Shown: positions 51,831-62,530 of the stretch, piece after piece
Numbering within the stretch: the stretch's first letter is position 1
Layout: every line of letters begins with the position of its first letter
Source of the DNA: an uncultured delta proteobacterium
GTDB taxonomy: Bacteria; Desulfobacterota; Desulfomonilia; Desulfomonilales; Desulfomonilaceae
Assembly: GCA_963789265.1 (NCBI GenBank)
Contig: CAWBKB010000001.1
Location: forward strand, 2,080,001 to 2,144,000
Reading direction: 5' to 3'
Length of the DNA stretch: 64,000 nt
Made by a program: the position numbers and the translations under genes
Notes under the pieces: generated by a model
The model's database searches: none
What the model saw: only the letters and a program-made list of their open reading frames with translations
What the model was told of the DNA's origin: nothing

Positions 51831-52248
51831 TTATTGCATCCTTTTGTTCGTATTTTTTTACTTCCGATTTAATCATAACGCATACTATATTTTTTTTCAA
51901 CAATTGCAGGGGCAATTCTCTTGTTTTTCTTGCGGAAACGCCTTTCAATATGAAGTTGACCTGTCCGGCTGTCAGAACGCATTATGCGGATCCTTGGGGC
52001 CTGCAAAGCCATTATGATCAACCGACGAAGTAATGTCGAATTGTATGTTGGGCCTCCGCTAGCAGCTAGATTCTAATTTATCAGAATGCCGCTTCGTTTT
52101 CCCCCTATGTTAGCCGGTTGACCGGAGGGACATACATTTCTTCGCTTGTGAGCCAAGTAATTCGAGATCGGTTTGTCTTTTCGAGATGAAAAAGAATATT
52201 ATCGCGCGGTCCGCGTTGCGCGAGCCTCTGCCCCCCGACTGCTTCTAC

Positions 52249-52623
52249 CTAAATTTTTCTGATCTTTTCCTCTTCTTCTTCGGAGGTTTTGCAATCAATG
52301 CAATGGGTAGTGACGGGCCTTGCTTCAAGCCGCTTGAAATCTATCGGTTCTCCACAAACCTCGCAAAACCCGAACGTGCCGTCCTCGATTTTCTCCAGGG
52401 TATTTCTTATCTTGTTGATCAGCTTGCGTTCCCTATCACGGATACGCAACTCGAAATTCCTATCCGATTCCATGGACGCTCGATCCGTAGGATCAGGAAA
52501 AGACTCCTTGCCTTCGGCCTCTGTCATCTCATCTACGGTTCTTCCTGCTCCCTTCACGAGTTCGTCCAATTGCTTCTGAAGTATTCCCTGGAAGTATTCC
52601 AGGTCTTCTTTTTTCAACTTCAT
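52249..52623 (-). CDS. dksA: RNA polymerase-binding protein DksA
   Basis: [16 protein letters not shown] and CEVC...CIDC motifs. Confidence 0.95.
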   Translation of the reverse strand: MKLKKEDLEYFQGILQKQLDELVKGAGRTVDEMTEAEGKESFPDPTDRASMESDRNFELRIRDRERKLINKIRNTLEKIEDGTFGFCEVCGEPIDFKRLEARPVTTHCIDCKTSEEEEEKIRKI

Positions 52624-52779
52624 GACTGTCCTCCATCAACGCTTTCCATCACGGTAGGCGGCGATACTCGATCTGCTATAAGCCTATATTCTTCTAAACG
52701 TCCCCAACCCGGCCGGGAAGTCTTGACGATTCATATTGGTTATTCTCTACGCATCAGCCTCACTCACCTTGCGGCTCGC

Positions 52780-53781
52780 TTAAGGAGCAAAACGAACCTG
52801 TCCTCGCCCGAGAAGGTCGTGCAGGTGGATGATGCCTGTCAGTCGATTCTCTTCGTCCAGGACGGCGAGCCCGGTAATCAATTTCTCCTCCATGATCTCC
52901 AATGCCTCCGCGGCTGTTCTATCGTGTCGTATTGTCAGAGGATCGCAGGTCATCAGATCGCGTGCTCGGCATTCATAAATCCCTGCCCCCTTCTCAAGGG
53001 CTCGACGCAGGTCTCCATCTGTGATAATGCCCAATAAACGATCTCCCGCCGCCACCAGAGTAAAGCCCAAATTTTGCATACTGATGCTTAAAAGTATCTC
53101 ACTTAAGGAGGCCCCTTCACTCACCTCCGGAATCGCGAATCGATCCAGCATAATATCCCTGACTTTGAGACTCAACCTCTCGCCGAGGCTTCCGGCAGGG
53201 TGATGTCTCAAGAAATCTTCTCTGCGAAAATCCTTCCGAACCATCAGTGCAACGGCAAGAGCATCACCGAGAGACAGGGTCGCGGTGGTGCTTGCGGTGG
53301 GGGCCATGTTCAGCGGGCAAGCCTCACGCGGTACTCTACAATCCAGCACTAAGTCCGCCATGCGGGCCAATGTCGACGAAGTCCTGCCGGTAATTGCGAT
53401 AATTCGCGTTCCTCTTTTTCTAATGGTGGCCGCCAGGGACGTTATTTCAGCCGTCTCGCCACTGTTGGAAATTGCCAGCAAGGCATCATCTCGTCCCACG
53501 ATCCCGACGTCGCCATGAAGGCCTTCCAGCGGATGAAGAAAAATGGCAGGTGATCCCGTGCTGGTTAGAGTGGCGGATATCTTACGCCCTACTATGCCCG
53601 ATTTGCCTACTCCGGTGATGATAATCCTGCCACGCAGTGAGTAGAGCATATCCACACAGTCATCGAATCTCTCATCTAATCGGCCCATTACCGATCGGAT
53701 GCCCTCAATTTCCACCTCAAGGACCTGGCGGGCAATCTCAACAGCCCGGCCTTTGAGGTCACAAATTCCTGGAGATTGCAT
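52780..53781 (-). CDS. kdsD: Arabinose-5-phosphate isomerase (KpsF/GutQ)
   Basis: GVGKSG, HGD, APTAST and HPAGSLG motifs plus a CBS pair. Confidence 0.93.
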   Translation of the reverse strand: MQSPGICDLKGRAVEIARQVLEVEIEGIRSVMGRLDERFDDCVDMLYSLRGRIIITGVGKSGIVGRKISATLTSTGSPAIFLHPLEGLHGDVGIVGRDDALLAISNSGETAEITSLAATIRKRGTRIIAITGRTSSTLARMADLVLDCRVPREACPLNMAPTASTTATLSLGDALAVALMVRKDFRREDFLRHHPAGSLGERLSLKVRDIMLDRFAIPEVSEGASLSEILLSISMQNLGFTLVAAGDRLLGIITDGDLRRALEKGAGIYECRARDLMTCDPLTIRHDRTAAEALEIMEEKLITGLAVLDEENRLTGIIHLHDLLGRGQVRFAP

Positions 53782-55114
53782 CGGCCACCATTTCTACTAC
53801 CAGCCTTACTTCTTCTTCGTCTTGCCCTTCCGCCATTACCCGGCACAGAAGCTGAGTCCCGGAATAGCGCACAAGTAGCCGGCCCCGGTTTTTTCTCAGC
53901 CGCTCACCGGCTTCCTCCATAACTCGGCGAATTTCGGGGATTCCCTCCAGATCTCTCTTAACTCCGACCTCAACATTCTTCAAGATCTGAGGATAGAGCT
54001 TAACCCTTGCCGCCAACTCCGACAAAGGTTTGCCCGTCTCAATCATGACCCTCATCACTTGAAGAGCCGACAAGATTCCGTCACCGGAGGTGTTGTGATC
54101 CAAAAATATGAGATGTCCCGACTGTTCACCTCCAAAATTAAACCCCTCAGCCCTCATGCGTTCGACCACGTAACGGTCCCCCACAGGGGTCCGAACGACT
54201 GACGCACCCAATTCCTCCAAAGCGACGTCAAGCCCGACATTGCTCATGACTGTGGCCGCAACCGTGTTTCGTTTCAGATTCCGTCTTTTCATCATGTCCC
54301 AAGCGACAATGCCCATGATCTGATCGCCGTTTACCACGTTTCCCTTTTCGTCGGCGAAGATTACGCGGTCAGCGTCGCCGTCCAGAGCCACTCCTAATTG
54401 GGCCCCCGTCCGTCGCACCTCCCGGCAAACCGTCTCAGGGTGCAGAGAGCCGCACCGATCATTGATGTTATGTCCGTCAGGATGGATTCCAAGTGCCGTG
54501 ACGTCGGCGCCCAGTTCTTCGAAAACCAAAGGAGCAGCTCTGTAGGCAGCCCCGTTTGCGCAATCCAAGACTATGCGAAAACCATCGAGGGTCAAGCTTC
54601 GTGGAAAGGTATTCTTGAGAAAGACCACGTATCGTCCCAGGGCACCCTCAATGCGCGTAACTTTTCCAATGTTCTCGGCGGTGGGGCGAATCTTGTAGAT
54701 GTCGTCAGAACAGATCAAGCGCTCGATTTCCTCTTCAAGGTCATCAGACAGTTTAAACCCGTCCCCTGAAAAGAATTTAATTCCGTTGTCCTGGAAAGGA
54801 TTATGCGAAGCTGAAATTACCGCGCCCGCCGCGCATCTCATGTTAGTGGTGAGGAACGCGATTCCCGGTGTCGGCATGGGGCCAACGAGCAGAACATCTA
54901 CGCCCATCGAGCAGATACCCGAAGCAAGTGCCGTCTCCAACATGTAGCACGACAACCGGGTATCCTTACCCACCAGTATTTTGTGCCTTTTTCCAGGCTG
55001 ATTCAGTGTGGTAAAAGCCAAGGCCCGCCCCAGGCTGAGGGCGGTCTCGGCTGTCATTGGTTCAAGATTGGCCACTCCTCTTACGCCGTCTGTGCCGAAA
55101 ATTTTCTTTGCCAT
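53759..55114 (-). CDS. glmM: Phosphoglucosamine mutase
   Basis: FGTDGVRG, SASHNP, DGDADR and GGEQSGH motifs. Confidence 0.96.
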   Translation of the reverse strand: MAKKIFGTDGVRGVANLEPMTAETALSLGRALAFTTLNQPGKRHKILVGKDTRLSCYMLETALASGICSMGVDVLLVGPMPTPGIAFLTTNMRCAAGAVISASHNPFQDNGIKFFSGDGFKLSDDLEEEIERLICSDDIYKIRPTAENIGKVTRIEGALGRYVVFLKNTFPRSLTLDGFRIVLDCANGAAYRAAPLVFEELGADVTALGIHPDGHNINDRCGSLHPETVCREVRRTGAQLGVALDGDADRVIFADEKGNVVNGDQIMGIVAWDMMKRRNLKRNTVAATVMSNVGLDVALEELGASVVRTPVGDRYVVERMRAEGFNFGGEQSGHLIFLDHNTSGDGILSALQVMRVMIETGKPLSELAARVKLYPQILKNVEVGVKRDLEGIPEIRRVMEEAGERLRKNRGRLLVRYSGTQLLCRVMAEGQDEEEVRLVVEMVADAISRNL

Positions 55115-55249
55115 ACTAGTTACCCGGCGTTATCTTTAGTCGGCATTTGCTGCGGAAGTATTTCTCGCCGTTTTGTCGTCAAAAACCTTAATGAAACTTA
55201 TAAAATATCACGGGCTACCAGTGTTCACAAGTCTTTTTGCTGAAGGTCG

Positions 55250-55382
55250 GCAATCCTTCAGTCTTGTGGGGCAGTCCCCCGAGGCGCGGGACTGCCTGCC
55301 GGGGAAACCCCAGTTCAGTGGCGGGCTAGAAAGCCCACCCCACGAAGCAATCCGCAACTTCCGGCTGTAACTGAATGCTTAC
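55250..55382. mobile_element. MITE-like element (same end family as 2490 and 9181)
   Basis: Ends gcaatccttcag / gtaactgaatgcttac; internal gtgggg...ccccac hairpins. Confidence 0.55.
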
Positions 55383-55474
55383 GAAGGGCACTAATCCCTC
55401 AATCATGGGCGGCAGAAGATGGTCATTACGAGGCAAACCATTTGGTTCGAGAAAGCATACGAGTAACGTCCCTG

Positions 55475-57736
55475 TCACCGCAGCCGGTTGAGGATCTCCT
55501 TGAATCCGGGGAGATCCCTAATCGATTGGAAGACGGCATCGTTGGCCATTTTATCAGCATCACGATATCCTTTTCGAACCGCCAGATCGAGATAGTGCAA
55601 AGAATCAGCCGTATTGCCTGCAAGCGAATACATTCCCGCAAGATTATAATAAAGCTTCGGATCTCCAGGCTCTGCCTGAATGGCTTTGAGCATCCAAGCG
55701 ATTCCCTCGGAGGCCCGGCCGGACATGGCCAAAGCCAATCCGTACTGGCCCATAAGGAATGACGAGCCTGGGCTCTTTTGCAAGCCAAGCTTGAGCACTT
55801 TCAGGGCGTCTTGAACTTTTCCTTCCTCAAGGTAAATTCCGGCCAAATTGCCGCGGGCTTCCGGCATGTTATCATTTTGGTTCACAAGCTTACGGTAGAT
55901 TGAAACAGCCTCAGCTTTGGACCCGGCTTGGTAACAGGCTGTAGCCAGGGAAAACATCATCTTTGGATCATTCCCCGAAAGCTCAACCGCGCGGCGGTAT
56001 TCCTTGAGCGCCTTGTCATAAGATCCGTCGTCCAATAGGTAACCTCCGAGAAGTTTGTGAACTTCCGGATTGTCCTCCATCCTGGAGGCGGCCCTTTCCA
56101 GAGCTATCCGGGCCTCTTTCTTCTTACCGGCCCATTTCAGAGTCTTAGCAAGATTCATGTCTTTGGTGACGAAGAAATCTGCATCAAGGGATCTCATAGC
56201 CTTGTCGTAGAGCGCTTGTCGGTCTGATGAGGTCAGCTCCCGAGAAGGGTGCGCCAGGCCCATTTCCACTATCTTGTCGAAGAGCATCTCGGCCAGCCAT
56301 TGGTGAACGCCAATCGTTAGATGAACGTGATCCCACAAGCTCTCGTTACCTGGAATGCCGGACTTGTCTCCGGTATCGGAGAGTTTTCGCTCGAGCCTCG
56401 TCCGGAAAGGAACAAGTACTACCTTTTCCTCCAGGGCAACTTTGTCAAACCGGTCCTCCAGAGCTGAAATGGCCCTGAGTGGGCAGACATCCAGATCTCT
56501 GGCCTTGATGAAACTTTCTCGCGCGTCCGCGTTACGTCCAAGTCCGAGCAGGTCCTTTCCCTTCCAGTAATATGTTTCAGCATACAGCGGGTCGCGATTG
56601 ATCGCCTTCTCCAGGATAGTCAGGGATTCTTTGTACCGAGCAGTCTGGAAAAGTTTTATGGAGCGATCCAGCCAGCCTCTGTACTTGGCCTTCTCCGAAA
56701 CGGTCAGATCAGGGCTATGTTCTGACTTGAAAGGCGAGAAATCCTTGAGATTGGAAACCGGCTGAACCATGATGACCGGCACGCCCGCGTTTCGGCACAG
56801 AGCAATCGTGGCTCGCAGGTTGTAGGTGAAATGCGTCACCACAGCTTTGGAGAATGCTTCGTCCCTGTGGTACAGATCCAACCCCGCGCTACGGTCCAGA
56901 ATCGCTGTTACCTCGTCATGCAGAATCGGCTTTCCCGTCTGCCGTACCTGTGAAGTTTGCGTAGACGACCGTTGACCGACGCTGGTAGAAGCCTTTTGAG
57001 CAGCGTGGCTTCCTTGCTGGACACCAGCCCGAATGAGCAGAGGTTCGAGAATTTTTTTCAGCCCTTGATAGATGTGCAGTCGCTCCAGCAACGCCCGTAC
57101 GGTGAGCAATCTTTTTCCTTGACGAAAGAGAGTGGTATACGTTCTTCGCTCCAGAAATTCATTGTGGGCATCGGAGAGGATAATCAGATCGGGGTTGTAT
57201 TGGAGCGCTTCGCGCACGAGCGGCACAATTCGATATGATGCATAAGATATCCCTCCAGCATTGATAACCTCAAAATGCCTTCCTGGACACGATGCATTGA
57301 GCAGGTCTTGAAGCCATCGCGGAAACGCTGTCCTTCCGTCGAACGGGTGTCCATACGTAGTCGAGCCCCCAAAACAGAAGATTCTGGTTGTGTTGGGACT
57401 TTTCTTGACCGGGAATGAGGCTTTGTTAAAGAATCTGAGTTTGGCCGGGGCCGTAGACGCGATGCCGTTCTTCACCACGTATAGAGGGTGAAGCCCCGAA
57501 AACCCTACAAAAGGATCTGCTGCGGGATTGGCGGCAGACGGCACGCCGGCAATGCGCAAGGCTCCTTCGAGGACGGCAAAGAATAGAAAACAGACGACTA
57601 GTCCCATCGTCAAGTTGCGAATAAAGGAATGCCCGGCCGAGCCCTTTCCATCGGCAACCGGACGAACCTTCTCAGTTGATGCTTTGGAGCGCTTCGGCTT
57701 TCGGTTATTCTTCGCGGGCTTGCGTGAAGGGAACAT
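55475..57736 (-). CDS. Membrane-anchored SGNH-like hydrolase with TPR repeats
   Basis: TM helix; FGGSTTYG, INAG, HNE and DHVH motifs; C-terminal TPRs. Confidence 0.8.
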   Translation of the reverse strand: MFPSRKPAKNNRKPKRSKASTEKVRPVADGKGSAGHSFIRNLTMGLVVCFLFFAVLEGALRIAGVPSAANPAADPFVGFSGLHPLYVVKNGIASTAPAKLRFFNKASFPVKKSPNTTRIFCFGGSTTYGHPFDGRTAFPRWLQDLLNASCPGRHFEVINAGGISYASYRIVPLVREALQYNPDLIILSDAHNEFLERRTYTTLFRQGKRLLTVRALLERLHIYQGLKKILEPLLIRAGVQQGSHAAQKASTSVGQRSSTQTSQVRQTGKPILHDEVTAILDRSAGLDLYHRDEAFSKAVVTHFTYNLRATIALCRNAGVPVIMVQPVSNLKDFSPFKSEHSPDLTVSEKAKYRGWLDRSIKLFQTARYKESLTILEKAINRDPLYAETYYWKGKDLLGLGRNADARESFIKARDLDVCPLRAISALEDRFDKVALEEKVVLVPFRTRLERKLSDTGDKSGIPGNESLWDHVHLTIGVHQWLAEMLFDKIVEMGLAHPSRELTSSDRQALYDKAMRSLDADFFVTKDMNLAKTLKWAGKKKEARIALERAASRMEDNPEVHKLLGGYLLDDGSYDKALKEYRRAVELSGNDPKMMFSLATACYQAGSKAEAVSIYRKLVNQNDNMPEARGNLAGIYLEEGKVQDALKVLKLGLQKSPGSSFLMGQYGLALAMSGRASEGIAWMLKAIQAEPGDPKLYYNLAGMYSLAGNTADSLHYLDLAVRKGYRDADKMANDAVFQSIRDLPGFKEILNRLR

Positions 57737-57871
57737 GCCCCCTACTATAAGGCGACTTCCAGAGGAATTCCAGTGCCGATAAAGGCACCCGCCTCGTTTC
57801 TTCTTGAATTCTCCACCTATAAGAAGGTATGCTTGAAACCGGGGAAATCTGATCGAAGGAGGAGGCCCTCT

Positions 57872-58192
57872 GTGAAAACGAGGTTTATGATCGTCGCCGT
57901 GATCGTGATTCCGGCTATTCTTGTCTGCGTGTCGGCGTTCGCGCGGGACCCCATAAAATGGTCAGCCCCCATGAACCAATATCCTAATGCATGGTCCCCG
58001 ACTGCTCCACCGCCGACATATTACAACCCGTACGGGTATCAATATCCGTATGCAAACTACGGGTACGGCAACCCGAACGCATATTACGGGTACGGCGGCA
58101 ATTACGGCGCCGGATATTATCAAGGCACTTATCAGCAGCCTCAGCAAAGTGGCAACACCGGGAATCCTTACAGTTACTACTACAGGCAGTGA
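57872..58192 (+). CDS. Small exported Tyr/Gly/Asn/Pro-rich protein
   Basis: GGAGG RBS, GTG start, signal peptide AFA-R, low-complexity mature part. Confidence 0.75.
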   Translation: MKTRFMIVAVIVIPAILVCVSAFARDPIKWSAPMNQYPNAWSPTAPPPTYYNPYGYQYPYANYGYGNPNAYYGYGGNYGAGYYQGTYQQPQQSGNTGNPYSYYYRQ

Positions 58193-58390
58193 TTACGGCA
58201 ACGTAGCCGCATAAAGAAGCGCTTGGCGGATATCCTCGTCTTCAAGTTCAGGATATTCCCGGCGCAACTCGTCAAGATCATCGTAAACAGCCCCCAGCTT
58301 TGTGACAGGTCGCACGGTCAGACGCAGGCCGCGTATACAGGGCTGACCATTCATGCGAGCGGGATCCACGGTGATGCGGTCTAGTTTCAT
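58193..58390 (-). CDS. DUF433 family antitoxin-like protein
   Basis: RITVDP..MNGQPCIRGLR and YPELEDEDIRQALLYA motifs. Confidence 0.85.
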   Translation of the reverse strand: MKLDRITVDPARMNGQPCIRGLRLTVRPVTKLGAVYDDLDELRREYPELEDEDIRQALLYAATLP

Positions 58391-58516
58391 TTCATCATGC
58401 CTCCGGCTGTTATGATAGCATGTTCGGGCAGTTATGCCAAAGCAGCTTTGGGATTTGAAAAGTCGCCCAGTTCGGCCTGATTCTTATCGTGAACTTCTTG
58501 TACCGAGAGGTCAGGC

Positions 58517-60224
58517 TTACCACTCCTCCAGTGCCTTCCTCACTGCCTCAACTACTTCCGAGATCTCGACCAGTATCACTTCCTTTGTCTTTCGATCTCT
58601 CAGTTCTGCCTTGCCCTGAGCAAGCGCCTTCTTCCCTATGGTAACCCTAAAGGGTATCCCTACAAGATCCGCATCTTTGAATTTGACTCCCGGCCTCTCA
58701 TCCCTGTCATCCAAAAGAGCGTCGATCGAATTATTCCACAGGTCGCTATACACACGTTCAGCGGCCTCCTCTATTTCAGGACTTTTCGCGCCCACCGGGG
58801 TAACTATCACCGTGAAGGGAGCCAGTGCCGGGGGGAAAATGATCCCGTCGTCATCATTATTTTGCTCTATTGCCGCGGCAATTGTCCTGCTCACACCAAT
58901 TCCGTAGCAACCCATGATCATTGGCTTTTCCTGGCCTTCTGCATCAAGAAACCGGGCGTTCATTGCCTCCGAGTACCTTTACCCCCAGCTTGAACACGTG
59001 ACCGACCTCTATCCCCTTGGAAAGGAGCAACTTCCCATCACATCGGGGACACGGGTCGCCTGCCGCGGCAGCCCGGAAGTCTCCGTAATGGTCCGTACGG
59101 AAGTCGGACTGAGGATTCACACCCACAAGGTGAGCATCCTTTGCGTTGGCACCGACTACCGCCGAACTCATACAGCGAATCGCATAGTCCGCAAGAATAG
59201 TCACATTTCGCAATCCCACCGGACCGGAGAATCCAAGCGGCCCTCCGGTTACGGCCTCTATCGTGCGTTCATCCGCCAAATCCAGTTCGGATGCCTTGAG
59301 AAAATTCTTCACCTTGATCTCGTTCAGATCATGATCTCCACGTACAAGGACTGCGACAGGCCCTTTATCCGATCGCAGAATCAGTGTCTTGATCAGAGTC
59401 TGAGGCTGCACACTGAGGAATCGAGAAACCTCCTCGATCGTACTCATGCCGGGTGTATCCACTTTTCTCGGTGTGGCGCCGCTTGTTGCATCGACCGCAT
59501 CGCACGGCCGTATCTCCGCTTTTTCCATATTGGCCGCGTAGTCGCAGGAGTCGCACGAGACAATGGTGTCTTCACCGGTGTTTGCCAGGACCATGAACTC
59601 ATGAGAAAAGCTTCCTCCGATGGGGCCGGAATCGGCCTCCACAGCCCGAAAGCCCAGGCCGCATCGCTCGAAAATCTTCCGATAGGCTTCCCACATGAGA
59701 CGGTAAGATTCTTCCGCCCCCTGTTCCGTCGCGTCGAATGAGTATCCGTCCTTCATCATAAATTCTCTACCGCGCATGAGTCCGAACCGCGGCCGTATTT
59801 CATCCCTGAATTTGGTCTGGATCTGGTAAAGATTCAGGGGAAGATCGCGATAAGATCGCACATCGCGGCGTACGAGATCGGTAATCACCTCCTCGTGAGT
59901 GGGACCGAGGCAACATTCGTGGTCGTGTCTATCCTTGAACCTGAGCAGCTCACTTCCGTAAAGATCCCAGCGGCCGGATTCCTTCCAAAGTTCCGCTGGT
60001 TGGACCATGGGAAGGAAGACCTCTTGGGCTCCCGCGGCATCCATCTCTTCTCGTACGATCTGTTCCAACTTCCTCAAAGACCGATATCCAAGAGGCAAGT
60101 ACGAGTATACTCCGGCAGTAAGCTTTCTGATCATCCCGGCACGCACCATCAACCTGTGGCTCACCACTTCCGCATCTGACGGGTCCTCTTTCAAGGTCGG
60201 AATCAAAAGTTTGGACATTATCAT
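58517..60224 (-). CDS. proS: Proline-tRNA ligase (apparent frameshift near 58975)
   Basis: [19 protein letters not shown] and [11 protein letters not shown], then [10 protein letters not shown] and [10 protein letters not shown] in the next frame. Confidence 0.96.
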
Positions 60225-60251
60225 GCGACTTTCCACCTCAACCGACGAGAA

Positions 60252-60408
60252 TTTGGTACGCTTTTTCGCAAATACGGTTTCGTATTCTGTTCAATCGACG
60301 TCATTCCCGCGTACGCGGGAATCCAGGACCGGCCTCAGTGCCGGTTGTTCGCGAAACACCGGCAGGGACCGTACAATTGGCACCGTATTTATGAAACGCT
60401 GTACTTAG
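60252..60408. mobile_element. MITE-like element; uninterrupted homolog of 5211-5596
   Basis: Same ends and gtcattcccgcgtacgcgggaatcca cargo; lacks the nested MITE. Confidence 0.7.
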
Positions 60409-60563
60409 GTAAAGCGCTCACGACTGTAACCCAAGGGGTGCTACTCTATCAAGATTGTTTTTGTTTCAGTTACTTGTCAATGCACGCGTCTTCTCGGATA
60501 CTATGTATAAGAGAATCTTCCCAATCTCCTTATGGGAAAACCGGTCCGGCAGACAATAAGAGC

Positions 60564-61522
60564 ATGTCCCCTTTGTTGAAACATGATGAGATCCTTTTGA
60601 GAGTCCGTGAAGCGGAAAAACTGTCCTCTCCGTGCAGGCTTTGTCCACGCGCGTGCGGAGTAGATCGAACTTCCGGCGAAACAGGTTATTGCGGCGCGGG
60701 TCCAGATCCGTCTGTTGCTGCCGTCCTACCCCATTTCGGGGAAGAGCCGCCCCTTACCGGGTCAGGCGGTGCGGGCACGATCTTCTTTAGCCGGTGCAAT
60801 CTTCGCTGCGTCTATTGTCAAAACCATCAGATCAGCCAGGCCGAACTCGGCTGCATCATGAGTCCGCAGGAACTGGCGCTCCGAATTCTAAACTTGGGAA
60901 ATGTGGGCTGCTCCACGATAGAGCCTGTTTCACCGACCCATCACTTGCCCGGTCTACTCAAGGCTCTCGCCATATCCGTAGACCAAGGGATGAGCCTGCC
61001 GGTGGTTTATAACACGAACGGGTATGAGTCGATCCAAACTCTGGAGTTACTGGATGGTATTGTAGACATTTATCTCCCCGATCTGAAATACGCCTCCAAC
61101 AGACAAGCGATGAAATACTCGGACGCGCCCGATTATGTGACAACGGCCCGGCTTGCAGGTACCTGGCGATGCACCGACAGGTGGGCAACCTCGTGGTTGA
61201 CCTGCAAGGCACGGCGACGAGGGGCTTGATTTTGAGGCATCTCGTCCTCCCGGGAAACCTTTCCGGGACAGAAGAAACCTTGATCTGGGTGCGCGAGAAT
61301 CTTCCGCTGACGGTAACTCTATCTCTAATGGCCCAATATTCTCCCGTGCACAATAGTGCACGCTTTCCTCCGCTCGATAGAACGATAACCGGCGAAGAAT
61401 ACGAAAGGGTTGTAGATATTGCATGGGAATTGGGCTTCGAGAACGTCTTCGTGCAGGAGATGGATTCGAGACAATCAGGGATTCCGGACTTTTCTCTTAG
61501 TCAACCCTTCAACTGGGAATAA
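60564..61522 (+). CDS. PflX-like radical SAM protein (apparent frameshift near 61160)
   Basis: CRLCPRAC, HFGEEPP, CNLRCVYCQN and IYLPDLKY, then RHLVLPG and LMAQY. Confidence 0.88.
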
Positions 61523-61781
61523 CCAGGACGCATGATTCGCAACTATCGGTTGCGGCCGGCAGGGACGCCGGCCCTACCAAGCAGTAGCGATGGGCCTCCG
61601 TGCCCGTCGTCTCACATGTATGAGCGCGCATTGGTATTACTCCCTGCTCGCATCTCAAGTTGACAAGCGTCAACCCCGAAGTTACTCTTGACAGGCCCCA
61701 GGCACAAGAGAACGAAATGATTATCGATACAGCCTACTCGTATGACCGTCACCCGGTCTGTTCCGAGACTAGGAGGCATTA

Positions 61782-62321
61782 ATGGACGGACGAACTTTTG
61801 AGCTGGAATTCGCAAAGTTCATACAAAGGTTCCATGAGCAGATCAAGGATGCTTTCCTTGAAGATGCGTTCCAGCGGCGTGAGATCCTGTCGCAAACACT
61901 GCTTGGGAAAGAGATGGTCGAAGAGCTCGCGGAGGGCATCGTTTCGGAATTTAAGAATAACATTGACCGCAAAACGGCAGTGGAAACTATTGCCGACCGA
62001 TACGTACAGCTTGGAATCCGATGTTGCGAGGAAGGCTTTAGTTGCTCCGCAATAGTGCGGCTACTCATTCTGTTGAAGAGACACATCTGGCTATTCTTCC
62101 AGGAGAGTAACTTTGCGGGCCAACCATTTGATGTACGGTCGATCATTGCGTTGAACAACCGAACCGCTCTGTTTTTCGACCGTGCTATCTACTTTGTTCT
62201 TGTGGGGTACGAACGATCCTCTACTGCATACTCCGGTGAGCTGGAAACCTTGTATAAATCGTTCCTGAACAAGCTTCGGCGCGATCTGGGCTTGCAGAAG
62301 GGCAACGAGGAAACATCTTGA
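61782..62321 (+). CDS. Helical hypothetical protein (RsbRD-N-like)
   Basis: GGAGG RBS; YVQLG..EEGF and FFDRAIY..GYE pattern. Confidence 0.7.
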   Translation: MDGRTFELEFAKFIQRFHEQIKDAFLEDAFQRREILSQTLLGKEMVEELAEGIVSEFKNNIDRKTAVETIADRYVQLGIRCCEEGFSCSAIVRLLILLKRHIWLFFQESNFAGQPFDVRSIIALNNRTALFFDRAIYFVLVGYERSSTAYSGELETLYKSFLNKLRRDLGLQKGNEETS

Positions 62322-62467
62322 CTATCACGGGGATAATATGAGGTGAGGCTATTCGGCGGTCGAATCGAGAAACGCCGCGAATTTGATGACGTCCGGGCCA
62401 TTGCCGGGCGAACGAGTGTACCCGGCAGAGAGATCCTCTCCTGAGTCGATCGGGAACTCAATGAATG

Positions 62468-62503
62468 AAAAAAGAGGCGGCCCATTCTAATGGAGCGCGC
62501 CTC
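62468..62503 (-). terminator. Intrinsic terminator
   Basis: GAGGCG...CGCCTC stem followed by T6 on the minus strand, just after the 62531 stop. Confidence 0.7.
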
Positions 62504-62530
62504 GTCAATAATTTTGAGAGGGGGGGTCTT

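Noticed and set aside
58517..60224. proS and other split genes as pseudogenes or programmed frameshifts
   Set aside because: ProRS is essential, both halves are intact, and similar small breaks hit about ten unrelated genes; sequencing error is the simpler explanation
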